Source: Ramazzottius varieornatus (lineage: Eukaryota > Animalia > Tardigrada). Taken from it: a stretch of DNA of 64,000 nucleotides. The notes under the pieces are model-generated. The model was not told where the DNA came from. It did no database searches and was given only the letters and a program-made list of their open reading frames with translations. Shown piece after piece: positions 37,356 to 49,763 of this stretch. The translations under genes and the position numbers were made by a program. Position 1 is the first letter of the stretch. Each line of letters opens with the position of its first letter. The stretch spans positions 4,826,448 through 4,890,447 of the forward strand of contig BDGG01000002.1 of NCBI GenBank assembly GCA_001949185.1. Reading direction: 5' to 3'.

Positions 37356-39057
37356 ATGGGGAACCTGTTTGGAAAGTCTAAACATGCCTCTCGCGTGATG
37401 GACCATGATCGCGCCGTGCTGGTAATTGGAATTGGAAAATACTGTTCGTAGTGTGTCATATGAGGAACTCATCACGTTGTTTTAAGGGTTGCAGGAGCTC
37501 AAGGGACATCGTGATAAGTTATGGAATCTGCAAAAACGAGTGGAGAAGTCGATGGAACGCGACAAGAATGTGGCGCGCCGGTTGATGCAGGAAGGGAAAC
37601 GCGAGTATGCACCAAAAGTTATAACGGGCTCGCCAATAGAGTGCTGAGCGTAAAGTAATTGTGGTCTGTTCTTCCAGCAAAGCGAAGCTGATGCTGAGGA
37701 AGAAGCGATTTGACGAGCAAATGTTGGCTAAATATGAAGCGCAGCTTGAAAATTTACATTCGGTGGTAAGCGAAGGGCAGTGAACATCATCATGTTCCCG
37801 TTCTAGTTGACGTTATAATTATTAGCTTGAAATTATTTCATTTCAAAAATCGGATTCTATCCTGTAGATATCCAGCATCGAATGGACTCATATTCAATCG
37901 CAAGTGCTAAAGGACTTAGAAACCGGCAAGAGCACTCTCCAGAGAATAAATGAGGTGAAAAATGTTTATTGCTCGTGTCGTTTTCTCCCGACTTCGTGCC
38001 ATACTTTGCGAACAACACATCCCAAACTTTGAAAGATATCAAAGTTAAACTTATCTGTTGTAGTCTATCAACCTTAACGATGTAGAAAAGATTCTCGACG
38101 AAACCCGGGAAGCCGCAGACTTCCAGCGAGTGAGTATCATTTTCCGATGCACAGTCCGTTCGAGCAAACTTGTCACCACTGTTTCGAAAAGTCAGTTCTC
38201 TTCCAGTAACAAGACTCTTCTTAGTATTATGTGATAGCTCCAACTTTTCTCTTTCAGAAAAGTATAGGATATCTTGAATCGAGCTACCGTACTCGGAATA
38301 CGAGTTCGCAAAGTGCCAGGCTCGACGCGAGCAGTCGTGCAGCACCCCTTATTTTCGCACTGTTTTTAGCTGTAAAAAAGCCAGGCATTGGGTGAAATCC
38401 ATCAACCTGTGTTTGATTAGATTGGAATTCTGCAGAAAAAAGTTGATATTCGGTCGGTTGGCGACCCCCAGTCCACAACCTTTTCTCGAAGACCAACGTT
38501 ACTTCCGAAACGCTGTCGTTTGATCGATTTCACCTGTCGACTGGCAGTGCTACCACTTGTATTCTAAAAGTAGGGCAGGAAACATCCATCGTGGTTTTTC
38601 TGGCAGGTTTGAAAAACCATTGGTGACAACTTTGCTTGGACAGCCTGGTATTTGGACTTCTTGGAATTCTTAACTCACAAATCTTGCAGCAAATAAGCGA
38701 CCTTCTTGGTGGATCCATGACTAGTGAAGATGACCGAGCGGTGGAGGAAGAATTTGCTCAAATGTTCGAGGTACGTTTCACAACTTCCTTGTTTGAACGT
38801 ACCGTAATTATGGTACATTGTGATGGACCTTTCTAATTTCACTAAATTCATAGGACGAAGAGCTCGAACTTCCAGCCGCTCCCACTGACGAAATTGCCTT
38901 TGGCGAGAGCGGGGACAGGATACCAACGGAGAAGGGTACGAAAAGCTGTACACGGATAGAAGTTTTGGTACCAGATGCCGAAACATCTATGTAATTTTTA
39001 GCCAGGAAAGCAGACACCGGCGGGAGACGAGAGCGGCAGCCAGCTCTTGCGTCCTGA
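37356..39057 (+). CDS. CHMP6: ESCRT-III subunit CHMP6/Vps20
   Basis: Myristoylation-type start MGNLFGKSK, then SRVMDHDRAVLELKGHRDKL, KAKLMLRKKRF, IE....Q.QVL..L..GK..L..IN, QQISDLLGG.MT.EDD.AVEEE and ELPAAPTDE. Confidence 0.92.
38152..38647. mobile_element. Old MITE with degenerate ~30-bp TIRs in CHMP6 intron
   Basis: CAGTCCGTTCGAGCAAACTTGTCACCACTG versus reverse complement CAGGCTGTCCAAGCAAAGTTGTCACCAATG. It accounts for the only long CHMP6 intron. Confidence 0.6.
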
Positions 39058-39395
39058 GCGGTCACTCCTTTGTCTCCCTCGCCGTTCGAAATTCTGCCTG
39101 ATGTCGAGGTTTTCCCGCAAGTCTGTTTGCATGGTTTCCCGGTTCCGCTACGTCGTACAAGTGTTTAGTATGTCAGGCCTGAAACGTCGTATTCCAGTTA
39201 CGAGGCTGCCTCGGTTAGAACATTTTACGGCTTATGGGGGCTGGTCCCGAACAAGTGATTGAAGAAACGGTTTTTACACTCTACTTGTCTGACAGTTTTA
39301 CGAGTAAGCGTGATGTTTTCATAGCCGGATGAAGCATATAATATATTGATAGTGATCAGAATAAAACTTCTATGATATATCCATTATTCATGGTA

Positions 39396-39583
39396 CACGC
39401 ACGATGGGAAATTATGGGACAGGCGCAAACCGGCAAATGACGGCAAAATGGAAATTCGGCCATAGAAAAGTGTCGAAAAGTATATTACTGTGAATGAGTC
39501 GCGTTCGTACGTTCTTCCGTACCGCCGTAGCGAAAAGACATGTCCCATAATTTTTACCGTCCCATAATTCTCCATCGTGCGTG
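39396..39583. mobile_element. Tc1/mariner-type MITE with TA target-site duplication
   Basis: TA|CACGCACGATGGGAAATTATGGGAC ... GTCCCATAATTCTCCATCGTGCGTG|TA; near-perfect 25-bp TIRs. Confidence 0.85.
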
Positions 39584-39691
39584 TAGTAAATCTCGCTTGC
39601 TGAAACGGCAGCTCGATAGTAGATACACAGCTAGACCGGGAAGTAAAAAAAACACACTGCAGGGCAAAACCACTGGTAGCAATTACGAAAG

Positions 39692-42600
39692 TTAGCTGAT
39701 GGTCCTTTGACTAAGTTCGGTCTGGATGATTTTCTTGTATTCCGGGAAACCGTTCGGTAGAACCTGGAACAAATTAGTTGGAAAGTCGATAACCTTGACG
39801 AAATCCCTGAGTAACGGCAGTATTTCTTCGCTTACCCTGACTGTGTGGTTGCTCACGTGCCACATTTCTCTGCAGGTTGCTTGAATGAGATGCTGGTCGT
39901 GAGACACCAAAATCACTCCGCCCTGCAATACACTATGGACTTGCAAGGTGTTTCGTACGACTTAATGCAGGTTTCAAAAACATACCGCGAACTCATTCAA
40001 AGCTTTGGCAAGTGCCTCAACGGTTTGAATGTCCAAATGATTGGTCTGAAACGAGCAAGAATGTAATCGCTGAGCAGCACGGACGCATTCACCCAAGGAA
40101 GAGAAAACACTGACCGGTTCGTCCAGCACGAGGAAGTTCGGTGCACTGAAAGCCATAGCGGCAAAAGCCACTCGGCATTTCTGACCACCAGAGAATGTCT
40201 GCAGAGGCTGGAGGACCGCCATATCGCCGCCAATCTCGAACCGCCCCAATGATCGACGGTACTCTTCCATGGTGTGGCCTGGGTACTTCTTCTGCATGAA
40301 TTGCACAGCAGTCATGTCGAGGTCCAGCATATCGACGTGATGCTGTGCGAAGTACCCAATCTTGAGATGACGATGGGCAGTGCGAAAACCCTTCTTCGGT
40401 TCTAGGTCGCCAAGTAGAATCTTCAACAAGGTCGACTTGCCTGCGCCGTTGTCACCGACCTACAGTAGGAACCCGTAAACCGGAAGTTGGCATTGTCATA
40501 CTGTGACATTATTCCTACGTAATGTTCAAACTTACAATTACGACACGGCTGTCTGCATTGGCGGATATGTCCACATTCCGGAAGATAGCATCGGTTGGGT
40601 TTGAAGTATCGTACCAGAAAGTCATATCGTCAAGGCGAAGTCCGGAGCCAGACAGTGGCTCAACTTCTTCGAACCTCAAGTTCACCGTTCCTTCCATCTC
40701 CACTGGCTGTAGTTTCGGTCTGTGAACAAAGGCATAATCTATTGGTCGCCGAGGTCAGACCTCAACCAAAGCCAAACTGGAAAGTCGGAAGCCCAACACT
40801 AAGCGCGACTTAAAGACTACTTACAGCTTTTCTAGCATCTTCAGCTTGCTCTGAACTAAAGAAGCCCGTTTTGCATTGTACCGGAACTTGTTCACAAACT
40901 CCTACAAGAGGTGAAAAAAATCGGTAATTAACTTGATGAAGAAAGACCAGTGGTAGTTTCTTGCAGCATCGCAGCATAGTTTCTTGTGCGGTTTATTTCA
41001 GCTTACCATAGCATGATCGATGAACATCTTCTGAGCTTCGTACTCTTTCTGTTGGTTCTTCAGCTTCTCATCCTTGGTCTTTAGGAAGATAGCGTAGTCT
41101 CCTTTGTAGTACTCCAGATGCCTGGAATGAAGATGGATGATGTCTGTGGCGACGTTTTCCAAGAAGCTTCGGTCGTGAGACACGAAGAGCAGCGTTGACG
41201 CCCACGTCTGCAATCCAGTCACAAATCAGACTGATCATTCCTTTTTTTGGAGTCATCGCTTAATCAAGCTCAGTTTGATACCTGCAGGTAGTCTTCTAGC
41301 CACATGATAGCTTTCATGTCCAACATGTTTGTCGGTTCGTCCAGAAGAAGCAAATCCGGTTGTGCGAAGAGAGCTCTCGCCAGAGCCAGACGCATTCTCC
41401 AACCACCAGAGAATATTCTGTAAAGATGAAACAGCTGTTCCAAAAGTTCGGCTGCTTCGGTCAGAATCTATTTTCGTACCTTGTGGGTTGCTCCTGCATG
41501 GAAGGAGTGAAACCTAAACCAAAGAGGATACCTGCAGCACGTGCGGGAGCCTTGTCAGCTTCGATGGCTTCCAGTTCGGTGTACACCTGCGTGAGCTTCT
41601 TGTTCGTAGCGTCATCTCCAGATGGCCCACTTTTCCCTCTGAACAAACGCCATAAGGGTATACACAGCCAAAAACATGTAGAACAGCGGAGAAGATGCAT
41701 ACTCGGTTGACTTGAGTTTTTCGCGAAGTTCTCTTTCCGCTTTCAGAAGACCTTCCCGTTTTTCGTCGCATTCCAACACACTCTGTAGTGCGATCGTTTC
41801 GTCCCCAACAGCTTCTTGCTCCACGTGTAGAATGGTGAGGTGTGAAGGTATCTTCAAGGAACGACTGCAACCAACTTCGCGCTGAATATACAGAGTATCA
41901 AGATAACAGCAAAATGGGCCATACCTTCCCAGCAAGCGAAGTAAGGTTGACTTTCCCAACCCGTTTCGACCCACCAGACCATATCTCCGTCCGAACGACA
42001 GATTCAGATTCGCGTTCTGAAGTAATCTCCTGCGAGCACCGGGTAAAATGTCATCACGGTTCGACGAATGCGAGACTGAACTTCCTGGTAAACTTACTTG
42101 TCTTCGTACGACATGTCAAAATCGTTGATCTTAATGTCGTAAACCTTCGCAGTACCACTCTGGTCGAGCTTCTCTTCTCTTCTGTTAACGGCTTGCGAAA
42201 CGGATGCCAATGGCGTGTCGCTGGATGCCCTACGAAAAGTCCCTCTGTCAACCTGTTGAATGACACGGTAGTTCACTAGGCCCTAACGTGTGGAAGGGGC
42301 GACTAACTTTGGTTCTTGCGGCGCTGGTTTCGAAGAGCCAACCGCTCGTTTGTCCTGCTTTTCCTTGATCTTTGCGTTGGCTTTGTCAAGTCGCCTCGAA
42401 TCAATTTTCTGTAAGCAACAAAAGGTGATGGTGTCGAACCATCATCGGTACGTGTAACTAAGATGTATGATGTATGCGTCCCCGAGAAAGGATATTCTCC
42501 TATGGCTTACCGTGTGGTCTCCTTGGGACTTATTCCATATGTTGTCCGCACCGCCGTCTTCGCCGGAAGTGCCATTGACGTAATACTGGTCATTCATGCG

Positions 42601-43287
42601 CATAGGTCCAGACTCTAGCTTTCTGATATGGTGACTTCCGTTGCTCCTCGAGCCTGGTTCCAACCCATCGGCAGTTCCTCTGCGCACACAGCAAAATCAG
42701 TCACAAATGGCCGCGCAGCAAACGCGCTCATATTTCGACGGCAAATGGGTTAGATGCTGCACATTCTAAGCGAACTGCTCACCCGATGATCTCGAACAAC
42801 TCCGCGCATATACTCCGAACTTCATCTTCCGTCGAGTTACGCCCGACTATCTGGTGCAATATAACGCCCAGCGTGTCGTAGACCTCATCGACTATAGTGA
42901 AAATGTGATTAAGTTCAGGATGTTCGTGGTAATCACCTAATACCCCGACGACGTCCGATAACTCGACTTAGGGAACTTACCATCTTCAAAGTCGGAGCTT
43001 CCAATCTCGAGGCAATCTGCAACAGACACTCGTATGGTCAGTAATCAAAAGAAAACTGGAGAAACCAATGGCTGCATAAATATTCAGTGGAATCACGCTA
43101 TATAAACGCGGCACTGCTTTGGAATGCCTTCGATCACTAGGGTCCACCGACGATAGCCACCAAGACACCCGAGCCTCAGTCACCAGCGCTTCCCCCACCG
43201 TTCCTTACCTTGTAGATACTCCGTAAGATCCGGGTGCTCAGTCAGAACGGGGAGCGTTTTCACGAGATAGCCAGCCACTGGTCGCAT
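39692..43287 (-). CDS. ABCF3: ABC-F family ATPase ABCF3/GCN20
   Basis: N-terminal EYL...SDFED.DEVYD.LG. Two NBDs: [77 protein letters not shown] and ILVSHD. No TM segments. Confidence 0.93.
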
Positions 43288-43786
43288 CTTCGAAGCTGTA
43301 CACGTACAAAGGATTCGTCGAATCTAACGATGGTGCGGGGTTTGAGGATGCAGCCACTAGTAAACGAAACTCCCCCTGTTCCCCCGATCGTAAACGACAG
43401 AATCAGATTAGCGCAGGAAGAATCTAACCACTGTGAGAACCACCGGAAGTTTGGAGAACGGAATCCAAGATTTGAGTAAATTAATTAGAAGTGAAAATGG
43501 CGAGTTTGCGATAAAACGCATAGACTGCAGTACAGACCACACACTACACAGTCTACTGACTCTACACCGTTGCTCTTGATAACCGTTGATTCCACTTTCC
43601 TACTCTCCATGCAGTCTCCACTGTCCAGGTTTCAGCAGCCGGAAGAGCGGATTGCTGATTTGCTGTCGTTTTCGACTTTCATACAATTTATTACTTCCGA
43701 AAAAACGCCGATATCGATCTTTACCCTTTACTCATCAGCAAACCCTACCGTTTCCCCTCCCTTCCTTCGATAACCGACGACGCACA

Positions 43787-44496
43787 ATGTACTCGTCGTT
43801 TCAGCTATTCTGTTTGGTGGTCGGGATACTCTGCTTCATCACTAAGTTTCCTCACGCAAACATGACAAACAACCTGTTGCAATCCCGCAGTTTCCCTGTT
43901 TTTATTAGGTCTATCGGTCGGGACGCGGTGCTTCAGCTGCGGCGAGCCAGGTGTGGAAGAATACAACATCCCGGAGGGATTCCTTCTGCACAGTTGCACT
44001 GCTGGAGTTACAGAGTGCCACAAACACTGGGACGGTACAAAGAAATCAATGACTTACAGTACGTTTTTAAGTTTTAAATTTCGCATCCCATGCGATGAAC
44101 AGGACCACCGATTGCTGGATGTCACGTTTCATTTTGTCCATCCTCGGGCGAGAGTATGTCTCGTGGATGTGGACGGCGGGCTTGCGAGACAAAATTCGAC
44201 CGAAAGATCGTATGCTTCAAAGATTCTGGATACCACCTCACGGTAAGACCTGAATTCGTGGAAAAGGCTTGGAAGTTCCCGAAGAATCGTCATAGTAAGT
44301 ACTTCCTTCAACTTCAGTTGTGATATGCTAACCTGCTCTGATTTAGGTCGCGAAGGAGGTGTTAAAGCCGTCTCGACGATGACGTGATACTGCGATACAT
44401 TCGCTTGCAGCCGGTTGCTTCAAGATGTTGTCTGCCCCGATCTTCTGCTTCCGTGGTCCTGTTCATCGGTGTCTTCGTTAAACGAAGTAAAGATTA
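43787..44496 (+). pseudogene. Probable decayed Ly6/uPAR (three-finger)-like secreted Cys-rich gene
   Basis: Signal-peptide exon ends at CTAAGT instead of GTAAGT (43842). The next exon gives SLSVGTRCFSC. A terminal T*YCDTFAC has TGA at 44385, and a hydrophobic tail lies out of frame. Confidence 0.45.
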
Positions 44497-44822
44497 GGCG
44501 CGGTATTTACTTTTGCGAATTCTGGCAAACTAGAAACTATAATGATATTCATTATGTGCATTCGTCGGACCAAATGCTTCCACGCACCTTTATTAAGTTT
44601 CATCCGCCCCGCCGTATACGTAGTGTATTCTGTGTATTCTTCGCTCGAGGGATCTGTTCCGATAGCAACCTTTTTGTACGTGCTGTTTGGTGTCTTTTCT
44701 GTTACGGTATGCGACCGTGCCGTTCGAACGTGTGGAACTCAAAAAATCTACCTGTCAATACCGATGATTCAAACTTCCTCGTCAATTTGATATTTTCATA
44801 TTTTCGAGATCATCGGACTCTA

Positions 44823-46256
44823 CCCCTGCGAACATCCGAAAGCTTCGTAGAGGTCGTACCAATCCTGTGAACAAGATCGATAGAATTTAACAATCCATGT
44901 CCTAAGTTGTAGCTGGCAAGAGCGAGAGTGAATCGGTGTAAGTTAGGGGCTCACCTGCAGTAATATTCTGTATCCGGGGTGAGCAAAATCGTAGTAGTCA
45001 TCGTCATCCGCCGCAGCATTGTTCCGCGAACCTTCCCAGTAGACGATGTCCGTATGTAGTCGTTTCCGGGCGACTTCGTTGATCTCGCTCATTTGAGAAT
45101 CCAACATCTGAGTGAGCCATTTAACTTGCTTGTTTAGGTTCAAAGGTGCTGCAAAGAACATCTTCATGTTGTCCACAACCTAGTACGACATCCATTCACC
45201 CACGGTCTACAATTCTCGCAGTTCCGTAAAGGACAATTCTGCTGTCCGTGTGAAAACCTTCACACTTTGTACCTACGTTGTGGCATCCAGATATAGCAGG
45301 TGATATCCGCAAGCTTGTTCATCACCGGTAGGGCTTTTTCGAGGTCGACTGGGAACCAGGAATAACACAGTAAATCGGCATAGCGATTCGCTCACGTGTG
45401 CATGGAAATTTACCGATAAAATTTTGAACCGAGTTCTCGGGATTCCAGTAAGAATACCACTGCAATAAAAACGAAGGGACGATTAGGGTTCCAACATCCC
45501 TGGCTGGATAAACCGTCCAGGAATCTAAAAGGTCAGGTGTTTACCATAGAGTAGCCCTGCACTATCACTGTTTTTTGGTTGGGGCTGTTCTGCGCACTGG
45601 TCTCGATTTCCTCCATCATGCACACAGCTTCCTCGTTCAGGGTCTTCGTGATATTTTTCCTCTTTGACAAACAAACAAGAAAACAAACAAAATCTGTAGT
45701 TTTGTTCCTTTTCATCAGAAAGAAACCGCAGCAAGTTCACTCACCAAGGTTAAGCGAATGCTTTCGTCAGCATAATAGTCGGGCGTGGCATTTGCATTCA
45801 TGCGGAAAGTATCCAGCCCTTTCAAAACAGCAACGAGCGCGGAGTAGAAGTTACGTTGCTGCGAGTCCCCCAGGAAGTAGAATGTGGTGTTGCGGAAACA
45901 TCGCTTGGCTTCCCTGTTTAACGAATCTTCAGTTCGCGATGGTTTTATTCTCACGGTGGATACTTTTCCTACCGTGCACACGTGGCAGCTTACCCGGTCG
46001 TAATGTTCCGTGGAGGTGCGCGATTTCGAGTTTTTCCGGTGAGCAGTGCCTTGTTGATGTCGTCACATGGTCTTCTGGAGGTCCCAATCGTGCTTGCGTC
46101 GTTGAATAGGGGCATCTGCGGATTCACACTTGTGTCGAAGTTTTTTAACTTCGAGCGCCAGGAACTTCGAGTCTGGAAGATAAATATCTGAAAGACAACA
46201 AAGATGCCACAATAGACCGCCAAGATTTCCCACGTGCGCAGGTTTGACTGCTGCAT
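44823..46256 (-). CDS. Type II membrane SGNH/PC-esterase-like (NXPE/FAM113-like) protein; 3' end uncertain
   Basis: N-terminal TM segment (ILAVYCGIFVVFQIFIF) and block-I motif CFRNTTFYFLGDSQQRNFY. Multi-exon; the C-terminal DxxH was not found. Confidence 0.55.
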
Positions 46257-46878
46257 TTCACCGCGACGGTCACTGGTCCCGCTCGCGAAAGCAACAAAGA
46301 CTTTCGAATTTCATTTGCCCAGGATTGTCAACCATGCGCAACTTGGAGCATACCGCAGTTCTCAACTTCGTTATGGATAAACAACAGACCTTCGCAGGCG
46401 GGTGATTGAAGAGACCAACAGATTTACTGCTTCAAACTGAAACCCGGAAGTAGACTGTGCGTCACCTTGACCATAGCAGAACGAGCAAGACATGGCTGAT
46501 TGTCTACTGTACAGCGCTCTTGATCTGCCTCAACGAGCCTCTCTAACCTTCAGACCATGTTTGGACTACCCCAACACCTCCGAAGTAATTTAACAAATAG
46601 TATAATGATTACTGATCAGTAACGTCAGCGGAGAAGAGATTTTCCATAAACCCCACGATTATAGTCTATGTACGCAAACTATTAAAGGTGACGAAAATAG
46701 CGAAACGTTCCAATCCACAGAAAACCCATAAAACGAAGAAACCTGCCTTTTCGAGAGCGAAAATAGTAACAGTGGTACGGAAAAAACATGTAGTAGTCTT
46801 TTGGATAATTATCTGCCTGATGTGTACTTATAATACGCAAATACCATTCGACGAACTTACAACTGCGCGGGAATTTAC

Positions 46879-49439
46879 AGCATGAAGTCGTCCTCCTTCA
46901 TGCTGTAGTTGCCGTGCCAAACGGCAATGCACGCATATATCTACAGCAGGGAAAAGGTATCGTCAGCCTACACAATGATATTACTGTTAAGAATAATTTT
47001 TGTGACAATAATGATTTACCGTTAGTGCGTTAGAATCCTTTGTGATAACCTCAGCTCCTTCACGGAAAAACTCCAGGTGGAATTCTTGCTGAAATGAACG
47101 TCACACTAAATAATGTAAAAAACCATCTGTAGTGCCACCAGATTATCGCGCACTCAACCACGTGATGAGTCATCGTTGCCCAGTACGACCAGATGCCTCA
47201 GTGTCGTTTCCGTGATTTTCACCCGGGCATCATTTACTATTCACGTGGTTGAGTGCGCGATGATTTGGTAGCACTACAGTAATTTCCTCAGCGCGACGAG
47301 CAAGCTTAACGACCACCATGCGAAGACTATAAAGTTCGGACTTACCTCAGTGAATCGTGTCACACAGCGGCAAACCCAACCAGCCAACTTTAGACCATTT
47401 CGCACCCCAGTCCAACTTAATGAACACTTTCAACCTTTTTTTCCGAAATTTTATGCAAATCCGGGTCGGCATCAGCAGCTCGTTCCAGCAATCCCTGGAT
47501 GAACGCATTGCGTCCTGAAGCTCGTTCCAGGAACTCCATGTTGAACGATTTCGGCTCGGCATGCTCTTCATCCAGCTTCTCCATGCCATTTCCATTTTCT
47601 TTCTGGTTAACCGCCACCAAGTTCTCGCTTCGTTCATCTTCCAGGGCTTCCTCCAGAAAGCTAACTGGAGGTTTCCCGATCGTATCTTCGATTACATCAT
47701 TACTCTGAGGAGCTGGACTTATAGCCGTATCATCGACGCCGTGGAATGGGTACCCCACCTCGTCATCAGCCTGATTAATAGCCGCGTCTGCAGTGTAGTC
47801 GAACATCGAGTAACTTGGTCTGATATTTTTCGGAGACTCTGCTTTCGTGGTTCCCTGTAGTTGATCACTGAGTCGCGCCCAAGCGTCCTTGTACCGACTG
47901 CCAGCTATGCCAGCGTTAACGCGATACGCCCTTTCTATCCATACGCGTTCCAGTTCGCGATTCTCGTGACCACAAATGCGCGCTAGACATAAAGCTATGT
48001 CGCGCAACAGGTAGGTCAACGGAAGTTCGTAAAGACGCTTCTTGAGTTCCGCAGTGTGCTTGTCCTCTTCCTCGGACGCATCGTGCGACAAGCCGGGATG
48101 TCGAGGTGGCAGCATCGTCTGCGTTTGATGGGGCATCAAGTATAGCATCTTTTCGGGACTGCGGAAGATTTGGAACGTGTCTTGGAGCTACAACGGAGAC
48201 GAACAGCCGTTAAGCTAACAAGACGAACGGAAGCGTTTTGTGGTTCAAATTACCTTATACAGAAACCCTGTCCAGTTCGCTAGGAAGTCCCGACGCCACG
48301 ACCGGATGGAATGCAGAGTGGTTTGATCAGTTTGTGCCAGCTGACTTTGCTCGTACTTGACGCATATGTTTGACGGACGAGTGAAACCGAAGAGCCACCT
48401 GCAAAACAGAAAGAGAAACACTTGACTTAGTTCCGAACTTCCGGTTAGGAGGAAGTTTCTTCTTACATGTCCTCGAAAATTTGAGAGTAAACCGCAGTAT
48501 GAGGATCCCTTTCCATAACAGCATCTATGAAATCACAAATCAAATTTTTAGCGAAAACACAGAGCGAGCAGACATTAAAATTTTCAACTTCACATAGAGC
48601 TTCACCTGCAATTTCCTGCAGAGTACGAACTGCGAAGTTGATAGTATTCAGGTTGTCCATCACAGCTTGTCCATTGTCGGCCTTATCTAAGAGCACTGCA
48701 TTTCGTCACAGATTCATTGCTAAGAATATTCGCTTTCGGTCACCTACCGAAACTCGTCCAAAACTTCGACATCTTCTGCTTGACTTCCGAAAAGCCGCTG
48801 AAATGAAACAGATAGAGACAATCATGGCGAGTTGATCAAATTTGACAAAAGGCACAAAGCAGTGAGCCACCCACCTTAGAAGATCGACGACAGGTATGCT
48901 CTTCAGAACATTCTGGTCGATTAATGCGCTCTCGGAGATACTAGAAGGCTCAACGCGCGAACTTCCAGTGGGTTTACTGGAGGAGTAACTCTTTCTGCCC
49001 AACTTTCCGCCAGCTTCCCGACTCCGCCGTCGAACGTTCTGCTCCATGGTCCCGGCTTCCCTCACATGTACTGCAAGCCGAAAATAGGTGGCCTACAACA
49101 GCCAGCCTACAACAGCCAGCCTACCGAGGTCGGACTAAGCAAGATATCTATCAACGAGTGTCAGGGCAACATCGCCTACATCGGTAAATCGGGAGAGAAG
49201 AGAACGTCGAAGTTCTTAAAAATTAAGTATAAATCGTTGAGGTGACGCATGACATTTTGGGCCTCGACCTGTTGCGATGATGTAGGTGTCTGATGCAATG
49301 CATTGATTGACTTGAACGCGTGATTATCTGCACAGAAAGCTGAAGAGCGGCTTTCCCCCTGATGTTGAGAATGAGAGCTAGACCAGCGAGGTATCTGGGT
49401 CCCACACACTGCGCGACGAATATGAAGACGCAGCATCAC
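46879..49439 (-). CDS. Uncharacterised multi-exon protein with possible mitochondrial presequence
   Basis: Chain of open exons with GT-AG sites from MMLRLHIRRAVCG... to ...GNYSMKEDDFML*. Arg-rich, acid-free N-terminus. No domain recognised, and it could be more than one gene. Confidence 0.55.
47127..47279. mobile_element. 153-bp MITE with ~38-bp TIRs, intronic
   Basis: CTGTAGTGCCACCAGATTATCGCGCACTCAACCACGTG versus reverse complement CTGTAGTGCTACCAAATCATCGCGCACTCAACCACGTG (3 mismatches). Confidence 0.8.
49091..49122. repeat. Short tandem duplication (GCCTACAACAGCCA x2+), intronic
   Basis: gcctacaacagcca gcctacaacagcca gcct read directly. Confidence 0.7.
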
Positions 49440-49763
49440 TCATAACTTTTGTAAGAATTTCCACCTGCGCTGCAGAGTTTTTCTTTCAAGTTTTTTGGAA
49501 GTCACGCATGGAAAGTCGCACATCGTATCGTTGCTGAGTCGAGGTCAATCACCCACATCGTGCGTAAGTAGAACTGTAGTTAGTAGCAGTGTTTGTGTAC
49601 GTTCAGTGTTCACGATCAGATCAACGTTGCTTTGTATTCAGACGGCTGGAGTCTCGGCTCTTGGATCTTGATGCTACAGTTGCTTTAAAAATTGATTGAC
49701 AGGTGTTGTGTCTGCTACTCTTCCCTCTAGGTCATCCTTACCCTTTGAGGCTTTGGAAGGAGC

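Noticed and set aside
44385-44387. Selenocysteine TGA in the Ly6-like frame
   Set aside because: Other lesions (lost donor, frame inconsistencies) favour a pseudogene, and no SECIS was recognised.
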